A DNA stretch of 64,000 nucleotides from the NCBI GenBank assembly GCA_965248835.1, contig CBDFLJ010000001.1, positions 832,001 through 896,000 of the forward strand, in the 5' to 3' direction. Positions 37,336 to 46,764 of this stretch are shown here, one piece after another (position 1 is the stretch's first letter; each line of letters opens with the position of its first letter). Under the pieces are notes generated by a model. The model saw nothing but the letters and a program-made list of their open reading frames with translations. It was not told where the DNA came from and did not search any database. A program made the position numbers and the translations under genes. The DNA comes from Alphaproteobacteria bacterium. GTDB lineage: Bacteria; Pseudomonadota; Alphaproteobacteria; MPNO01.

Positions 37336-38643
37336 ATGGCAACCGATCTCGCCGCGGTGGCGAAAGAAAAGGGAATCAAGTACTTCCTGATCAGCTTCGT
37401 CGATCTGTTCGGCGTGCTGCGCTCCAAGCTGGTGCCGGCGCGCGCGATCGCCGACATGCAAAGGGACGGCGCGGGCTTCGCCGGCTTCGCGGCGTGGCTC
37501 GACATGACCCCGGCCGATCCGGACATGTTCGCGATTCCCGATCCCGACAGCCTGATCCAGCTCCCGTGGAACCGCGAGGTCGGTTGGCTGGCTTCCGACC
37601 TGTGGATGGACGGCGCCGAGGTCGAAGCGTCGCCGCGGGTCGTGCTCAAACGCCAGATCGCGCGCGCCGCCGAACAGGGCTGGCGGATGAAGACCGGCGT
37701 GGAATGCGAGTTCTTCCTGTTGTCGAGCGATCAGGTCGCGCTGTCCGACCCGCGCGATACCCAGGACAAGCCGTGCTACGACCAGACCGCGCTGATGCGC
37801 CGCTACGACGTGATCAGCGAGATCTGCGATGCCATGATCGAGATCGGCTGGCAGCCCTACCAGAACGACCACGAGGACGCGAACGGCCAGTTCGAGATGA
37901 ACTGGGAGTATGACGACTGCCTGGTGACCGCCGATCGGCACGCGTTCTTCAAGTTCATGGTCAAGGCCGTCGCCGAGCACCACGGCTACCGCGCGACGTT
38001 CATGCCCAAGCCGTTCGCCAACCTGACCGGCAACGGCTGCCATTGCCACGTCTCGCTGTGGGACGGCGACGGCAGGACCAACCTGTTCCACGACGCGGCC
38101 GGCGAGCTCGGGCTGTCGGCGATGGCCTACAGCTTCCTCGGCGGGATCATCCATTCCGCCGATGCGCTGTGCGCGCTGTTCAACCCCTCGGTCAACAGCT
38201 ACAAGCGGATCGATGCGACGGTGACGCTGTCCGGCGCCACCTGGTCGCCCAACGCGATCAGCTATTCCGGCAACAACCGCACCCACATGGTGCGGATCCC
38301 CGACGAGGGAAGGTTCGAGCTGCGCTTGATGGACGGTTCCGCCAACCCGTACCTGCTGCAGGCGGGCGTGCTGGCTGCCGGGCTCGACGGCATCGAGAAC
38401 GGCCGCGACCCGGGCAAGCGGCTGGACATCAACATGTACACCGAGGGCGACCGGCTGCGCCGTATCCGTCGGCTGCCGCTCAACCTGCTCGATGCGCTCC
38501 GGCTGTTCGACAAATCCCGCGTCGCGCGCGACGGTCTGGGCGAGGGGTTCGTGTCCAGCTACGTCAAGCTCAAGCTCGACGAGTGGCGCAGCTATTCGAC
38601 CACGCTCTCGCAGTGGGAGCTCGACCACACGCTGGATACCTGA
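37336..38643 (+). CDS. gmaS: Gamma-glutamylmethylamide synthetase (GlnT / type III glutamine synthetase-like)
   Basis: KYFLISFVDLFG..RSKLVP, GAGFAGFA, KPCYDQ, QNDHEDANGQFEMNW, ATFMPKPF, SGATWSP; context within mgs/mgd genes. Confidence 0.9.
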   Translation: MATDLAAVAKEKGIKYFLISFVDLFGVLRSKLVPARAIADMQRDGAGFAGFAAWLDMTPADPDMFAIPDPDSLIQLPWNREVGWLASDLWMDGAEVEASPRVVLKRQIARAAEQGWRMKTGVECEFFLLSSDQVALSDPRDTQDKPCYDQTALMRRYDVISEICDAMIEIGWQPYQNDHEDANGQFEMNWEYDDCLVTADRHAFFKFMVKAVAEHHGYRATFMPKPFANLTGNGCHCHVSLWDGDGRTNLFHDAAGELGLSAMAYSFLGGIIHSADALCALFNPSVNSYKRIDATVTLSGATWSPNAISYSGNNRTHMVRIPDEGRFELRLMDGSANPYLLQAGVLAAGLDGIENGRDPGKRLDINMYTEGDRLRRIRRLPLNLLDALRLFDKSRVARDGLGEGFVSSYVKLKLDEWRSYSTTLSQWELDHTLDT

Positions 38644-38656
38644 CGCGCACCGTCGA

Positions 38657-39898
38657 ATGCCGTTCGGCCTGCTCAAGCTCGGCCTCAGGGGCAAACGGCC
38701 GCCCAGGCGGGCCTTGCCCCCGGCGCGCCCGCTCAAGCCGCGCTACGACGTGGTGATCATCGGCGGCGGCGGGCACGGGCTCGCGACCGCCTACTACCTC
38801 GCCCGCGATCACGGCATCACCGACATCGCGGTGCTGGAAAAGGGCTATCTGGGCGGCGGCAATACCGCGCGCAATACCGCCATCATCCGCTCGAACTACC
38901 TGACGCCGGAGGGTGTGGCGTTCTACGACGAGTCGATCAGGCTCTATCGCGACCTTTCGGGCGAGCTCGACTTCAACATCATGTATACCGAGCGCGGCCA
39001 CCTGACGCTTGCCCACACCGACGCCACGCTCAGGACGATGCGCTGGCGGGCGGAGGTGAACAAGCATATGGGGGTGGACTCCGAAGTCGTCGGGCTCGAC
39101 GCGCTGCGCGAGATCGTCCCGCCGCTCAATCTCGACACCGCCGCGCGCCACCCGATCCTGGGCGCGCTCTACCACAAGCCCGGCGCGATCGCGCGCCATG
39201 ACGCGGTGGCCTGGGGCTACGCCATCGCCGCCGCGCGGCGCGGCGTCGAGATCCATCAGAAGACCGAGGTGACCGGGATCGTCCAGGAGTCGGGTCGCGT
39301 CGTCGGTGTCGAGACGACCGCCGGGCGCATCGCCTGCGGCCGGGTGCTCCAGGCGGTTGCCGGATCGAGCACGCTGCTGGCCGAGATGGCCGGCTTCGCG
39401 CTGCCGATCCACACCGTACCGCTGCAGGCTTGCGTGACCCAGCCGCTGAAGCCGTTCCTCGACCCGATCGTGGTCTCGGGCAGCCTGCACGTCTACGTCT
39501 CCCAGACCCCGCGCGGCGAACTCGTGATGGGCGGCGCGACCGACCCGTATGCGCTCTATTCCCAGCGCTGCTCGCTCGCGTTCCTGGAAGGGTTGGCCGC
39601 GCCGATGCTCGAGCTGTTCCCGTTCCTGGCCGAGGTGAAGGTGCTGCGCCAGTGGGCCGGGCTCGCCGACATGACGCCCGATTTCAGCCCGGTGATGGGC
39701 GAGACTCCGCTCGGCGGCTACTACATCGATGCCGGCTGGGGCACCTGGGGTTTCAAGGCCACACCGGTCTGCGGCAAGCGCATGGCCGAGACCATCGCCA
39801 CCGGCAAAGTGCCGCCGTTGATCGCGCCCTTCGCGCTGGACCGGTTCGCCGCCTTCGCCCAGATCGGCGAGCGCGGCGCCTCTTCCGTCGGGCACTGA
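38657..39898 (+). CDS. mgdA: N-methylglutamate dehydrogenase subunit A (sarcosine oxidase beta-like FAD subunit)
   Basis: IIGGGGHGLATAYYLA, GGGNTARNTAIIRSNY, GWGTWGFKATP, ERGASSVGH; ATG at 38657. Confidence 0.87.
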   Translation: MPFGLLKLGLRGKRPPRRALPPARPLKPRYDVVIIGGGGHGLATAYYLARDHGITDIAVLEKGYLGGGNTARNTAIIRSNYLTPEGVAFYDESIRLYRDLSGELDFNIMYTERGHLTLAHTDATLRTMRWRAEVNKHMGVDSEVVGLDALREIVPPLNLDTAARHPILGALYHKPGAIARHDAVAWGYAIAAARRGVEIHQKTEVTGIVQESGRVVGVETTAGRIACGRVLQAVAGSSTLLAEMAGFALPIHTVPLQACVTQPLKPFLDPIVVSGSLHVYVSQTPRGELVMGGATDPYALYSQRCSLAFLEGLAAPMLELFPFLAEVKVLRQWAGLADMTPDFSPVMGETPLGGYYIDAGWGTWGFKATPVCGKRMAETIATGKVPPLIAPFALDRFAAFAQIGERGASSVGH

Positions 39899-39907
39899 GG
39901 GCCGGCA

Positions 39908-40204
39908 ATGAAAATCATGCCCTGCCCGCTCAACGGCCCGCGCAACATCGCGGAGTTCGTCTGCGGCGGCGAGGTCGAGGCGATGCCGGACCCGGCTTCC
40001 GCCGCGGACGCGGAATGGACCGATTACGTCTTCATGCACCGCAACCGCCGCGGCGTGGTGCGCGAATGGTGGTTCCACACGGCCACGGCCTACTGGTTCA
40101 TCGCCGAACGCGATACCGCGACCGACGAGATCCTGAAAACCTATCCGGCAAGCGCGCTGTTCGCCGAGCGCCGATCCTTCGACCCGCCCGGCGGTGGGCC
40201 GTGA
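39908..40204 (+). CDS. mgdB: N-methylglutamate dehydrogenase subunit B (sarcosine oxidase delta-like)
   Basis: MKIMPCPLNGPRNIAEF..GGE, EWWFH, ERDTATDEI. Confidence 0.87.
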   Translation: MKIMPCPLNGPRNIAEFVCGGEVEAMPDPASAADAEWTDYVFMHRNRRGVVREWWFHTATAYWFIAERDTATDEILKTYPASALFAERRSFDPPGGGP

Positions 40205-43119
40205 GCGGCAGCTTCCGCCTGCCGCACCGACCCGGGATCGGCACGCGCATCGACCGGGGCCGCACGGTGGGGTTTTCCTTCGAAGGCCGCGCCGCTGCGG
40301 GATTTGCCGGCGATACGATCGCAAGCGCCCTGGCGGCCGGCGGCGTGCGGACCCTGTCGCGCTCCTTCAAGTACCGCCGGCCGCGCGGCATCCTGACCAT
40401 GGCCGGCCATGACGCGAACTCCCTGGTCCAGCTCCCGGGCGAGCCCAACGTGCCGGCCGACACGCGGCCGATCGTCGAGGCGATGGCGGTGATGGGCCAG
40501 AACTACGAGGGATCGCTGGAACGCGACCGCGGCGCGCGGATCGAACATCTTTCCCGGTTCCTTCCGGTCGGCTTCTACTACAAGGCCTTCTTCCGCCCGA
40601 AGGGCGCATGGCGGTTCTGGGAGCCGATCATCCGGGCGCGGGCCGGGCTCGGCGCGGTCGACGTGGGCGCGGCGCCCGGCTATTTCGACAAGACGCACGG
40701 CTTCTTCGACGTCGTGGTCGTCGGTGCCGGCGCCGCCGGGCTTGCCGCCGCAGCCGCGGCCGCCGACGCCGGCGCGCAGACGCTGCTGGTCGACGACCAG
40801 CCCGACATCGGCGGCGCCCTGGGCTATGCGCGCATGGATGCCGACGGGATCGCGGCGGCCGAGGCGCGCACCGCCCTGGTCGAGGCGGTCGCGGCGGCGG
40901 CCAACCTTAGCGTCATGACCGCGGCGTCCTGCCAGGGCTGGTACGCCGACCACTGGCTTGCGATCGTTCAGGCGAACCGGTTGCACAAGGTGCGTGCGCG
41001 CAGGGTGGTGCTCGCAACCGGTGCGCACGAACAGCCCGTCGTCTTCCGCAACAACGACCTGCCCGGGGTGATGCTCGCCTCGGCCGCGCAGCGGTTGATC
41101 CGGCACTACGCGGTCGCGCCGGGCCGCCGTGCGGTCGTCGTCGCGGCGAGCCATGACGGCTATCGCGCCGCGCTCGACCTCCACGAGGCGGGGATCGAGG
41201 TCGCTGCGGTCCTCGATTTGCGCCACGACCCGATGGCCTCTCCCGAGGCCGCCGCGCTCGCCGATCACGCGGTCGCCGTGATGACCGGCCACACCGTCAG
41301 CGAGGCGCGGCGGCGGCGCGGCGCCCAGGATGTCGGCTCGGTCATCGCCTCGCCGATCGTCGGTCGGGGACGGTTCGGCGAACCCGGCAGGCGGATCGAC
41401 TGCGACCTCGTGTGCATGGAAGCGGGCTGCATCCCGGCCGGCCAGCTCGCCTGCAACGCCGGCGCGCGGCTGGTCTGGAAGCCGGACAACGCGGGCCTCG
41501 CCGTCGAGAGCGCGCCCGACGGGATGCTGCTCGCCGGATCGGTCGCCGGCGTTCATGCGCTCGAGGCGGCGATCGCCGATGGCCGCCGGGCCGGGTGGAC
41601 GGCGGCCCTGGCGCTCGGCCTGGATGCCGGCGAGGAACCGCCCGCGCCGCCTGATGTCGAACGCGACCGCAATCTTCCCTGGCCGATCTTCGCCCATCGC
41701 AGGGGTAAGGAGTTCGTCGACTTCGACGAGGACTTGCAAATCCGCGACATCACCGATGCCGCGGCGGAGGGCTATGACGACATCGAGCTGCTCAAGCGCT
41801 ACGCGACCGTGGGCATGGGGCCTTCGCAAGGCCGCCACTCGGCGCTGGCCTCGCTCCGCCTCGCGGCCGATGCCACAGGGCGCGATCCCCGACAGGTCGG
41901 CACGACCACCACCCGCCCGCCGGTTACCGGCCAGAGGCTCGGCGTGCTTGCCGGACGCGGCTTCGAGCCGGTGCGTCACACCCCGATGCACCATCGCCAT
42001 CTCGAGGCCGGTGCGCAGATGATGCTGGCGGGCGCCTGGCTGCGGCCGGCCTATTATGCCGTCTCATCTGCGCGCGAGGCGGCCATTGCCGAGGAAGCCC
42101 GCCACGTGCGCGAATCGCTCGGGCTGATCGACGTCTCCACGCTCGGCGGGCTCGAGATCCGTGGGCCGGATGCGGCGGAGTTCCTCAACCGGATGTACAC
42201 CTTCGCCTATCTTCGCCAGGAGGTCGGCCGACTGCGCTACGTCCTGATGTGCGACCGGACCGGAGCGATCATCGACGACGGCGTCGCCTGCCGGCTGGCG
42301 GACGAGCATTTCTACGTCACCGCGACCACCGGCGGGGTCGACGGCGTCTACCGCGAGATGCTCTGGTGCAACGCCCAGTGGCGGCTGGATGTCGATATCG
42401 CCAACGTCACCGCCGCCTGGTGCGGGGTGAACATCGCCGGCCCGCGGGCGCGCGAGGCTCTGGCCGGCCTCGTGGAAGGGATCGATCTGTCGCCGCAGGC
42501 CTTTCCCTATCTCGGCGTGCGCACCGGCCAAGTCGCCGGCATCGATGCAAGGCTTCTGCGCGTCGGCTTCGTCGGCGAGCTGGGCTATGAGATCCATGTG
42601 CCGGCGTCCTGCGGCGAAACGCTGTGGGATATGCTGATCGAGGCCGGCGCTTGCCATTTCATCCGGCCTTTCGGGGTCGAGGCCCAGCGGCTGCTGCGCC
42701 TGGAGAAGGGCCACATCATCGTTGGCCAGGACACCGACGGCCTGACCACGCCCTCGGAGGCCGATATGGATTGGGCGGTCTCGCGCCGCAAACCGTTCTT
42801 CGTCGGCGCCAGCGCGATCGAGATCCGGGGCCGCAACCCGCCGGCGCGCAAGCTGGTCGGCTTCGTCCTGCCCGAGCCCGACGCCGCCCCGCCCGAGGAA
42901 TGCTGCCTGGTCGTCCGGGGCGGCGACATCACGGGCCGGGTAACCTCGGCGATGCGCTCGCCCACGATCGGCCGGGTCATCGGGCTCGCGTTCGTCCCGC
43001 CGGAGGACGCCGCGCCCGGCAGCCGCTTCGAGATCCGCCGCCCGGACGGCAGCATGGTCGCGGCCGAGGTCGCAAAAATCCCGTTCTACGACCCCGACAA
43101 CGCCCGGCAGGACGGCTGA
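40201..43119 (+). CDS. mgdC: N-methylglutamate dehydrogenase subunit C (sarcosine oxidase alpha-like, GcvT domain)
   Basis: GTG start at 40201; GDTIASAL, SRSFKYRRPRG, LLKRYATVGMGPSQG, DVSTLG, VGFVGELGYEIH, LRLEKGH. Confidence 0.88.
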   Translation: MSGSFRLPHRPGIGTRIDRGRTVGFSFEGRAAAGFAGDTIASALAAGGVRTLSRSFKYRRPRGILTMAGHDANSLVQLPGEPNVPADTRPIVEAMAVMGQNYEGSLERDRGARIEHLSRFLPVGFYYKAFFRPKGAWRFWEPIIRARAGLGAVDVGAAPGYFDKTHGFFDVVVVGAGAAGLAAAAAAADAGAQTLLVDDQPDIGGALGYARMDADGIAAAEARTALVEAVAAAANLSVMTAASCQGWYADHWLAIVQANRLHKVRARRVVLATGAHEQPVVFRNNDLPGVMLASAAQRLIRHYAVAPGRRAVVVAASHDGYRAALDLHEAGIEVAAVLDLRHDPMASPEAAALADHAVAVMTGHTVSEARRRRGAQDVGSVIASPIVGRGRFGEPGRRIDCDLVCMEAGCIPAGQLACNAGARLVWKPDNAGLAVESAPDGMLLAGSVAGVHALEAAIADGRRAGWTAALALGLDAGEEPPAPPDVERDRNLPWPIFAHRRGKEFVDFDEDLQIRDITDAAAEGYDDIELLKRYATVGMGPSQGRHSALASLRLAADATGRDPRQVGTTTTRPPVTGQRLGVLAGRGFEPVRHTPMHHRHLEAGAQMMLAGAWLRPAYYAVSSAREAAIAEEARHVRESLGLIDVSTLGGLEIRGPDAAEFLNRMYTFAYLRQEVGRLRYVLMCDRTGAIIDDGVACRLADEHFYVTATTGGVDGVYREMLWCNAQWRLDVDIANVTAAWCGVNIAGPRAREALAGLVEGIDLSPQAFPYLGVRTGQVAGIDARLLRVGFVGELGYEIHVPASCGETLWDMLIEAGACHFIRPFGVEAQRLLRLEKGHIIVGQDTDGLTTPSEADMDWAVSRRKPFFVGASAIEIRGRNPPARKLVGFVLPEPDAAPPEECCLVVRGGDITGRVTSAMRSPTIGRVIGLAFVPPEDAAPGSRFEIRRPDGSMVAAEVAKIPFYDPDNARQDG

Positions 43120-43121
43120 GC

Positions 43122-43829
43122 ATGGCCGCGCCCGAGCCGACGCAATTCGCCCGGCGCAGCTTCGTCTACCGCCGGCTCGCCGCGTCCGGCGCTCGTTTCG
43201 CGGCGCTGGGCGATGCCGCGGTGGCGCACGATTTCGGCGATCCCGCCTCGGAAACCGATCGTGCCCGCGCGCTCGGGCTCGCCGATCTGTCGCCGCTGCC
43301 GCGCACCGGGTTCAAGGGCCCGGCGGCGCTCGCCTGGCTCGCGGCCCAGGGATTGACCGGTCTGGACACCGACCACCGCGCCGATGCGCAGGCCGGCGGC
43401 GCGCTCGCCGCACGGCTCGCCCCCACCGAGGCGCTGATCATCGGCGCCCTCGACGCCGAGGACGGCCTGTGCGCAGCCCTGGATTCGGCGCACGCGGCGC
43501 AGGCCCCGCCCGGGTGCCACCGCATCATGCGGCGCGAGGCGTCCTTTCACTTCGTGCTCGCCGGCACCGACGGCGCGGCGATGATGGCCAAGCTCTGCGC
43601 GGTCGATCTGCGCGCGTCCGCCTTCCCGGCCGGCGCCGGCGCCCAGACCTCGGTCGCGCATCTGTCGATGATCGTCATCGCCGTGGTTCTGGGGGCAACG
43701 CCCGCCTTCCACCTGCTGGGCGACAGCGCCTCGGCCGGCTATGCCTGGGACGCGATCGGCGATGCCATGGCCGGGTTCGGCGGCGCCCCGGTGGGGCTGG
43801 CGGCGCTGCGTGCGCTCGGGCGCGGCTGA
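43122..43829 (+). CDS. mgdD: N-methylglutamate dehydrogenase subunit D (sarcosine oxidase gamma-like)
   Basis: LADLSPLPRTGFKG, MAKLCAVDLR, AQTSVA, DSASAGYAW..DAM; ATG at 43122. Confidence 0.85.
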   Translation: MAAPEPTQFARRSFVYRRLAASGARFAALGDAAVAHDFGDPASETDRARALGLADLSPLPRTGFKGPAALAWLAAQGLTGLDTDHRADAQAGGALAARLAPTEALIIGALDAEDGLCAALDSAHAAQAPPGCHRIMRREASFHFVLAGTDGAAMMAKLCAVDLRASAFPAGAGAQTSVAHLSMIVIAVVLGATPAFHLLGDSASAGYAWDAIGDAMAGFGGAPVGLAALRALGRG

Positions 43830-43838
43830 TCTGGTCCC

Positions 43839-44891
43839 TCAGCCGGCCTCGGCGAGCCGGCGGTGCTGTTCCAGAACGTCGGGCAGCGTATCGGGGTCGC
43901 CGCGGCCGAGCCCGCATTCGGCCGCCACACCGGCGACCAGCGCATGGCTGCGGGCTGCGGCCAGCTTGGCGGCGTTGCCCTGCGGATCGCCTTCGTGGAC
44001 CAGACCGAGATAGAGCGCCGTTCCGGCCGGCAGGCGGAGGTCGTCGAGCGGGCTGAAATAGGCGTCGTCACTCCTGTCCCTGGGCACCGGCATGTGGATG
44101 TACTGGACCGGCCGGGCGACCGCGCCGAGGATACCGTTGGCGATCTCGACCATGACCGCCATGTCCTTGGGCTGGACCATGTGCTCGTCGCGCGGGCTGC
44201 CGTAGCACAGGTGGTAGCCGAGATCGATCGTCTGCGGCACCAGGTCGCCGATGCTTCCCAGCGTCGTCACGATCTGGTCCTTGAACCCGGCGGGCTGGTC
44301 GAAATAGCCCTCCCACATCAGGACCTCCTGGCAGACGTCCCATTGGTAGGAGATCTCGCCGTGCGGCAACGCGGCGGCGATGCGCTCGAACTCCTCTCTC
44401 AGGTGCCTCGAATAAGCCGGCAGGAACGCGCCATAGGCCTTGGGCGAGATGAAGTTGTAGGTAATCGCCAGGGGCGTTGCCATGCAGATCTGGTATTTCA
44501 CCCCGGCGGGGACGACGCCGTCATCCTTGAGCCGCTTGAAGTCCTCGTAGTTGCGGATCGCATCATCGGCATAGCCGGTCTGGAACCGCAGCGCGGCCGG
44601 ATCGACGCGTTCCTTCACCCGGATGCGCTCGACCACGTAGACCACCTTGCCGTCCCATTGCTTGAATTCGAACGGCGGGATCGTCGGGTCGATCTCGAGG
44701 TCGGGATGCGCCTTGAGTTGGTCGTTGATGAAGCTGATCCACCGGGTGCGCCGCCCGGTCTCGCCGTCGGGGATGCGCTGCATGTGGGCGCCGAGCGAGT
44801 CCGCGATGGTACGGAAAGCGGTCGCCGCATCGGCAAGCGGCAGGCTGCCGACCATGTGGACGATGGGGTCGTTCCCGGTCTCGGCGCTCAT
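43839..44891 (-). CDS. Divergent MetE-like (methionine synthase/UROD superfamily) Zn protein
   Basis: HMVGSLP, RIPDGETG, HLCYGS, LYLGLVH, AECGLGR; ATG at 44891 preceded by GGAGG. Confidence 0.75.
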   Translation of the reverse strand: MSAETGNDPIVHMVGSLPLADAATAFRTIADSLGAHMQRIPDGETGRRTRWISFINDQLKAHPDLEIDPTIPPFEFKQWDGKVVYVVERIRVKERVDPAALRFQTGYADDAIRNYEDFKRLKDDGVVPAGVKYQICMATPLAITYNFISPKAYGAFLPAYSRHLREEFERIAAALPHGEISYQWDVCQEVLMWEGYFDQPAGFKDQIVTTLGSIGDLVPQTIDLGYHLCYGSPRDEHMVQPKDMAVMVEIANGILGAVARPVQYIHMPVPRDRSDDAYFSPLDDLRLPAGTALYLGLVHEGDPQGNAAKLAAARSHALVAGVAAECGLGRGDPDTLPDVLEQHRRLAEAG

Positions 44892-45068
44892 CGCGGTCCT
44901 CCCTGGCGTGCGTGGCCACGGCCGGAGTGTGAGACCGGACCACGCCCCTGTCCAGGACCGCATCCGGCCGGTCGCCGCGGGAAGGCGAGGCTGCGCACAA
45001 TGCCTGGCGACCTGTCCGAACGGGTCCAAGGAAGCCGAGATCATCGAGGCGATCCTGCCGCGCGAGCC

Positions 45069-45129
45069 GGGGTTCCCGACACCATGCCCCAATTCGCGGC
45101 GCGCGCGAATTGGGGCATGGGAGAACCCC
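45069..45129. repeat. Long inverted repeat (17-bp perfect stem plus outer 7-bp arms)
   Basis: ccatgccccaattcgcg (45082-45098) / cgcgaattggggcatgg (45104-45120), 5-nt loop; outer ggggttc / gaacccc. Confidence 0.85.
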
Positions 45130-45216
45130 TGAGCTCCTCGCCCGACGCCCACGATCGAGGGCCTATCGAGACCGCACGAACGTCCGTGTAACGTCTTCAC
45201 GAGGAAAAACGCGCCA

Positions 45217-45336
45217 ATGGAGTCCTGCGTCTTTTGTAAAATTGCTGCCGGTCCCTTGCCCGCGAGCGACGTCTTTCGAGATCGCGCAGTGATGGCGTTC
45301 ATGGATATCCAGCCCGGCATCGATGAGCATCGATGA
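45217..45336 (+). pseudogene. N-terminal fragment of a HIT-family protein
   Basis: Manual translation MESCVFCKIAAGPLPASDVFRDRAVMAFMDIQP, then truncated; HxHxH motif absent; GAGG upstream. Confidence 0.78.
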
Positions 45337-45481
45337 ACACCACCGCCTTGCATCCGGTCGCACGGGCGTGGCCGTCACAGATACCGGAGGCTACGCGTTC
45401 CTGGCGGTCGTACATCAGGGAGATTTCGTTCCGACAGGCGATCTGATCGAGAAGTCGGCCGATCGTTTCCGCGACGTCCAT
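45299..45481 (-). pseudogene. N-terminal fragment of a TPP-dependent enzyme, internally deleted
   Basis: MDVAETIGRLL...RQERVASGICDGHARATG resembles the R(H/Q)ExxAxxMADGYARxTG Pyr-domain motif. Confidence 0.6.
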
Positions 45482-45822
45482 GGCGTCCTATTCCGCTCCG
45501 CGCCTATCCACTATGCCCCGATCCTTCAGGTCGGACAAAGCGGGCCGTCGCGTTCGTGACGTCGGGCGACGCGCGGAGCTTGGCCGCGGTCAATTCCCGC
45601 GCCAGATGACGGGGAACAGTTCGTCGTTTTCTGGGGCGCCCCGTTTTCGAGATCGGGCTACTCGGGCAAGGCCATCACGTGCGGGCGTCGGTCCCAAGTC
45701 ACGTCGTCACCCAAATACCGGATCGACAATGCCATCCTGCGCATGCCTTGCGACGCGTTGCCCCCGGCGCCGTGGACGGTGAGCGGGTGGTGGCAGATGC
45801 AGTCGCCCGCTTCCACGTCTCA

Positions 45823-46764
45823 GAGCCGATCCGGAAAGTTTGAATCTATGGTGAGTGGGTTGCGGCGAGTCTGCGCAGCATGATGCGGATCATGGCGAGT
45901 CGGATGAAGGCGACGACGGATCGAACGTGACGTTCGAAGTCGCGAGCGAGGCGCCTGTTGCGGCTGATCCAGGCGAAGGTGCGTTCGACAATCCAACGCT
46001 TTGGCAGCACCTCGAAGCGGGGCACGTCGTTGCGCTTGACGATCTCGAGCCGCCAACCCCCGGTCTTGGCGACAGTCGCGGCCATCTTCGGTCCCTGATA
46101 GCCGCCGTCGGCGTAGATCACCTCGATGAATGGGAACCGTCGCCGGGTGCGGCGCAAGAGCTCGTGGGCACCGTCGCGATCCTGAACGTCGCCGGAATGC
46201 ACCACGATGCCCAGCATCAGGCCGAGCGTGTCGACCATGATGTGCCGCTTGCGACCGGTGACCTTCTTGCCCGCATCGAAGCCTTGATCGTCGATCGACG
46301 CCCCCCTTTTTGCGCCGCCTTGGCGCTCTGGCTGTCGATGACCGCGGCCGACGGGCTGGCTTCGCGTCCTTCCTCATCGCGCACCGCGACGTAGAGTTCA
46401 TGATGGATCCGCTCCAGCGTGCCATCCCACTCCCATAGATCGAAATAGTCGTACACCGTCGACTTCGGCGGCAGATCCTTGGGCAGTGCATTCCACTGGC
46501 AGCCCGTGGACAGCACGGTGAAGATGCCGTTCAGAACCTCGCGCACGTCGACTGAGCGCTTGCGCCCGCCGCGCTTGGCAGGCGGGATCATTGGCGCGAT
46601 CAGCGCCCACTCGGCGTCGGTCAGATCACTCGGATAGCGAAGTCCGCGACGCTCCGCCGCGCGGCGGTGTTCCGCAGTCCACATCGGGCTTCCTCCTGTA
46701 AACCGGATGCCCAGCACAGAATCACAAACGATTCTTCCGATTCAAGAACTTTCCGGAAGGGCTC
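45823..46764 (-). mobile_element. IS5-family insertion sequence (IS1031/IS427-like), 942 bp, TCA target-site duplication
   Basis: Imperfect TIRs GAGCCGATCCGGAAAGTT / GAGCCCTTCCGGAAAGTT; TCA at 45820-22 and 46765-67. Confidence 0.92.
45846..46684 (-). CDS. IS5-family transposase split into two frames (-1 frameshift at AAAAAGGGGGG near 46301-46311)
   Basis: OrfA YPSDLTDAEW..TGCQW..LPKDLPPKSTV..IDSQS; OrfB GFDAGKKVTGRKRHI.VDT..YADGGYQG..KRWIVERTFAW. Confidence 0.9.

Noticed and set aside
34413-43829. Literal annotation as glutamate synthase, glutamine synthetase and sarcosine oxidase
   Set aside because: Split GltB-like domains, GlnT-type motifs and their co-location fit the N-methylglutamate pathway better.
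44892-45140. Cobalamin or SAM riboswitch upstream of the MetE-like gene (also looked upstream of nrdJ and 53968)
   Set aside because: No B12-box or SAM consensus recognisable by eye; the space upstream of nrdJ is only ~80 bp. An Infernal scan would be decisive.
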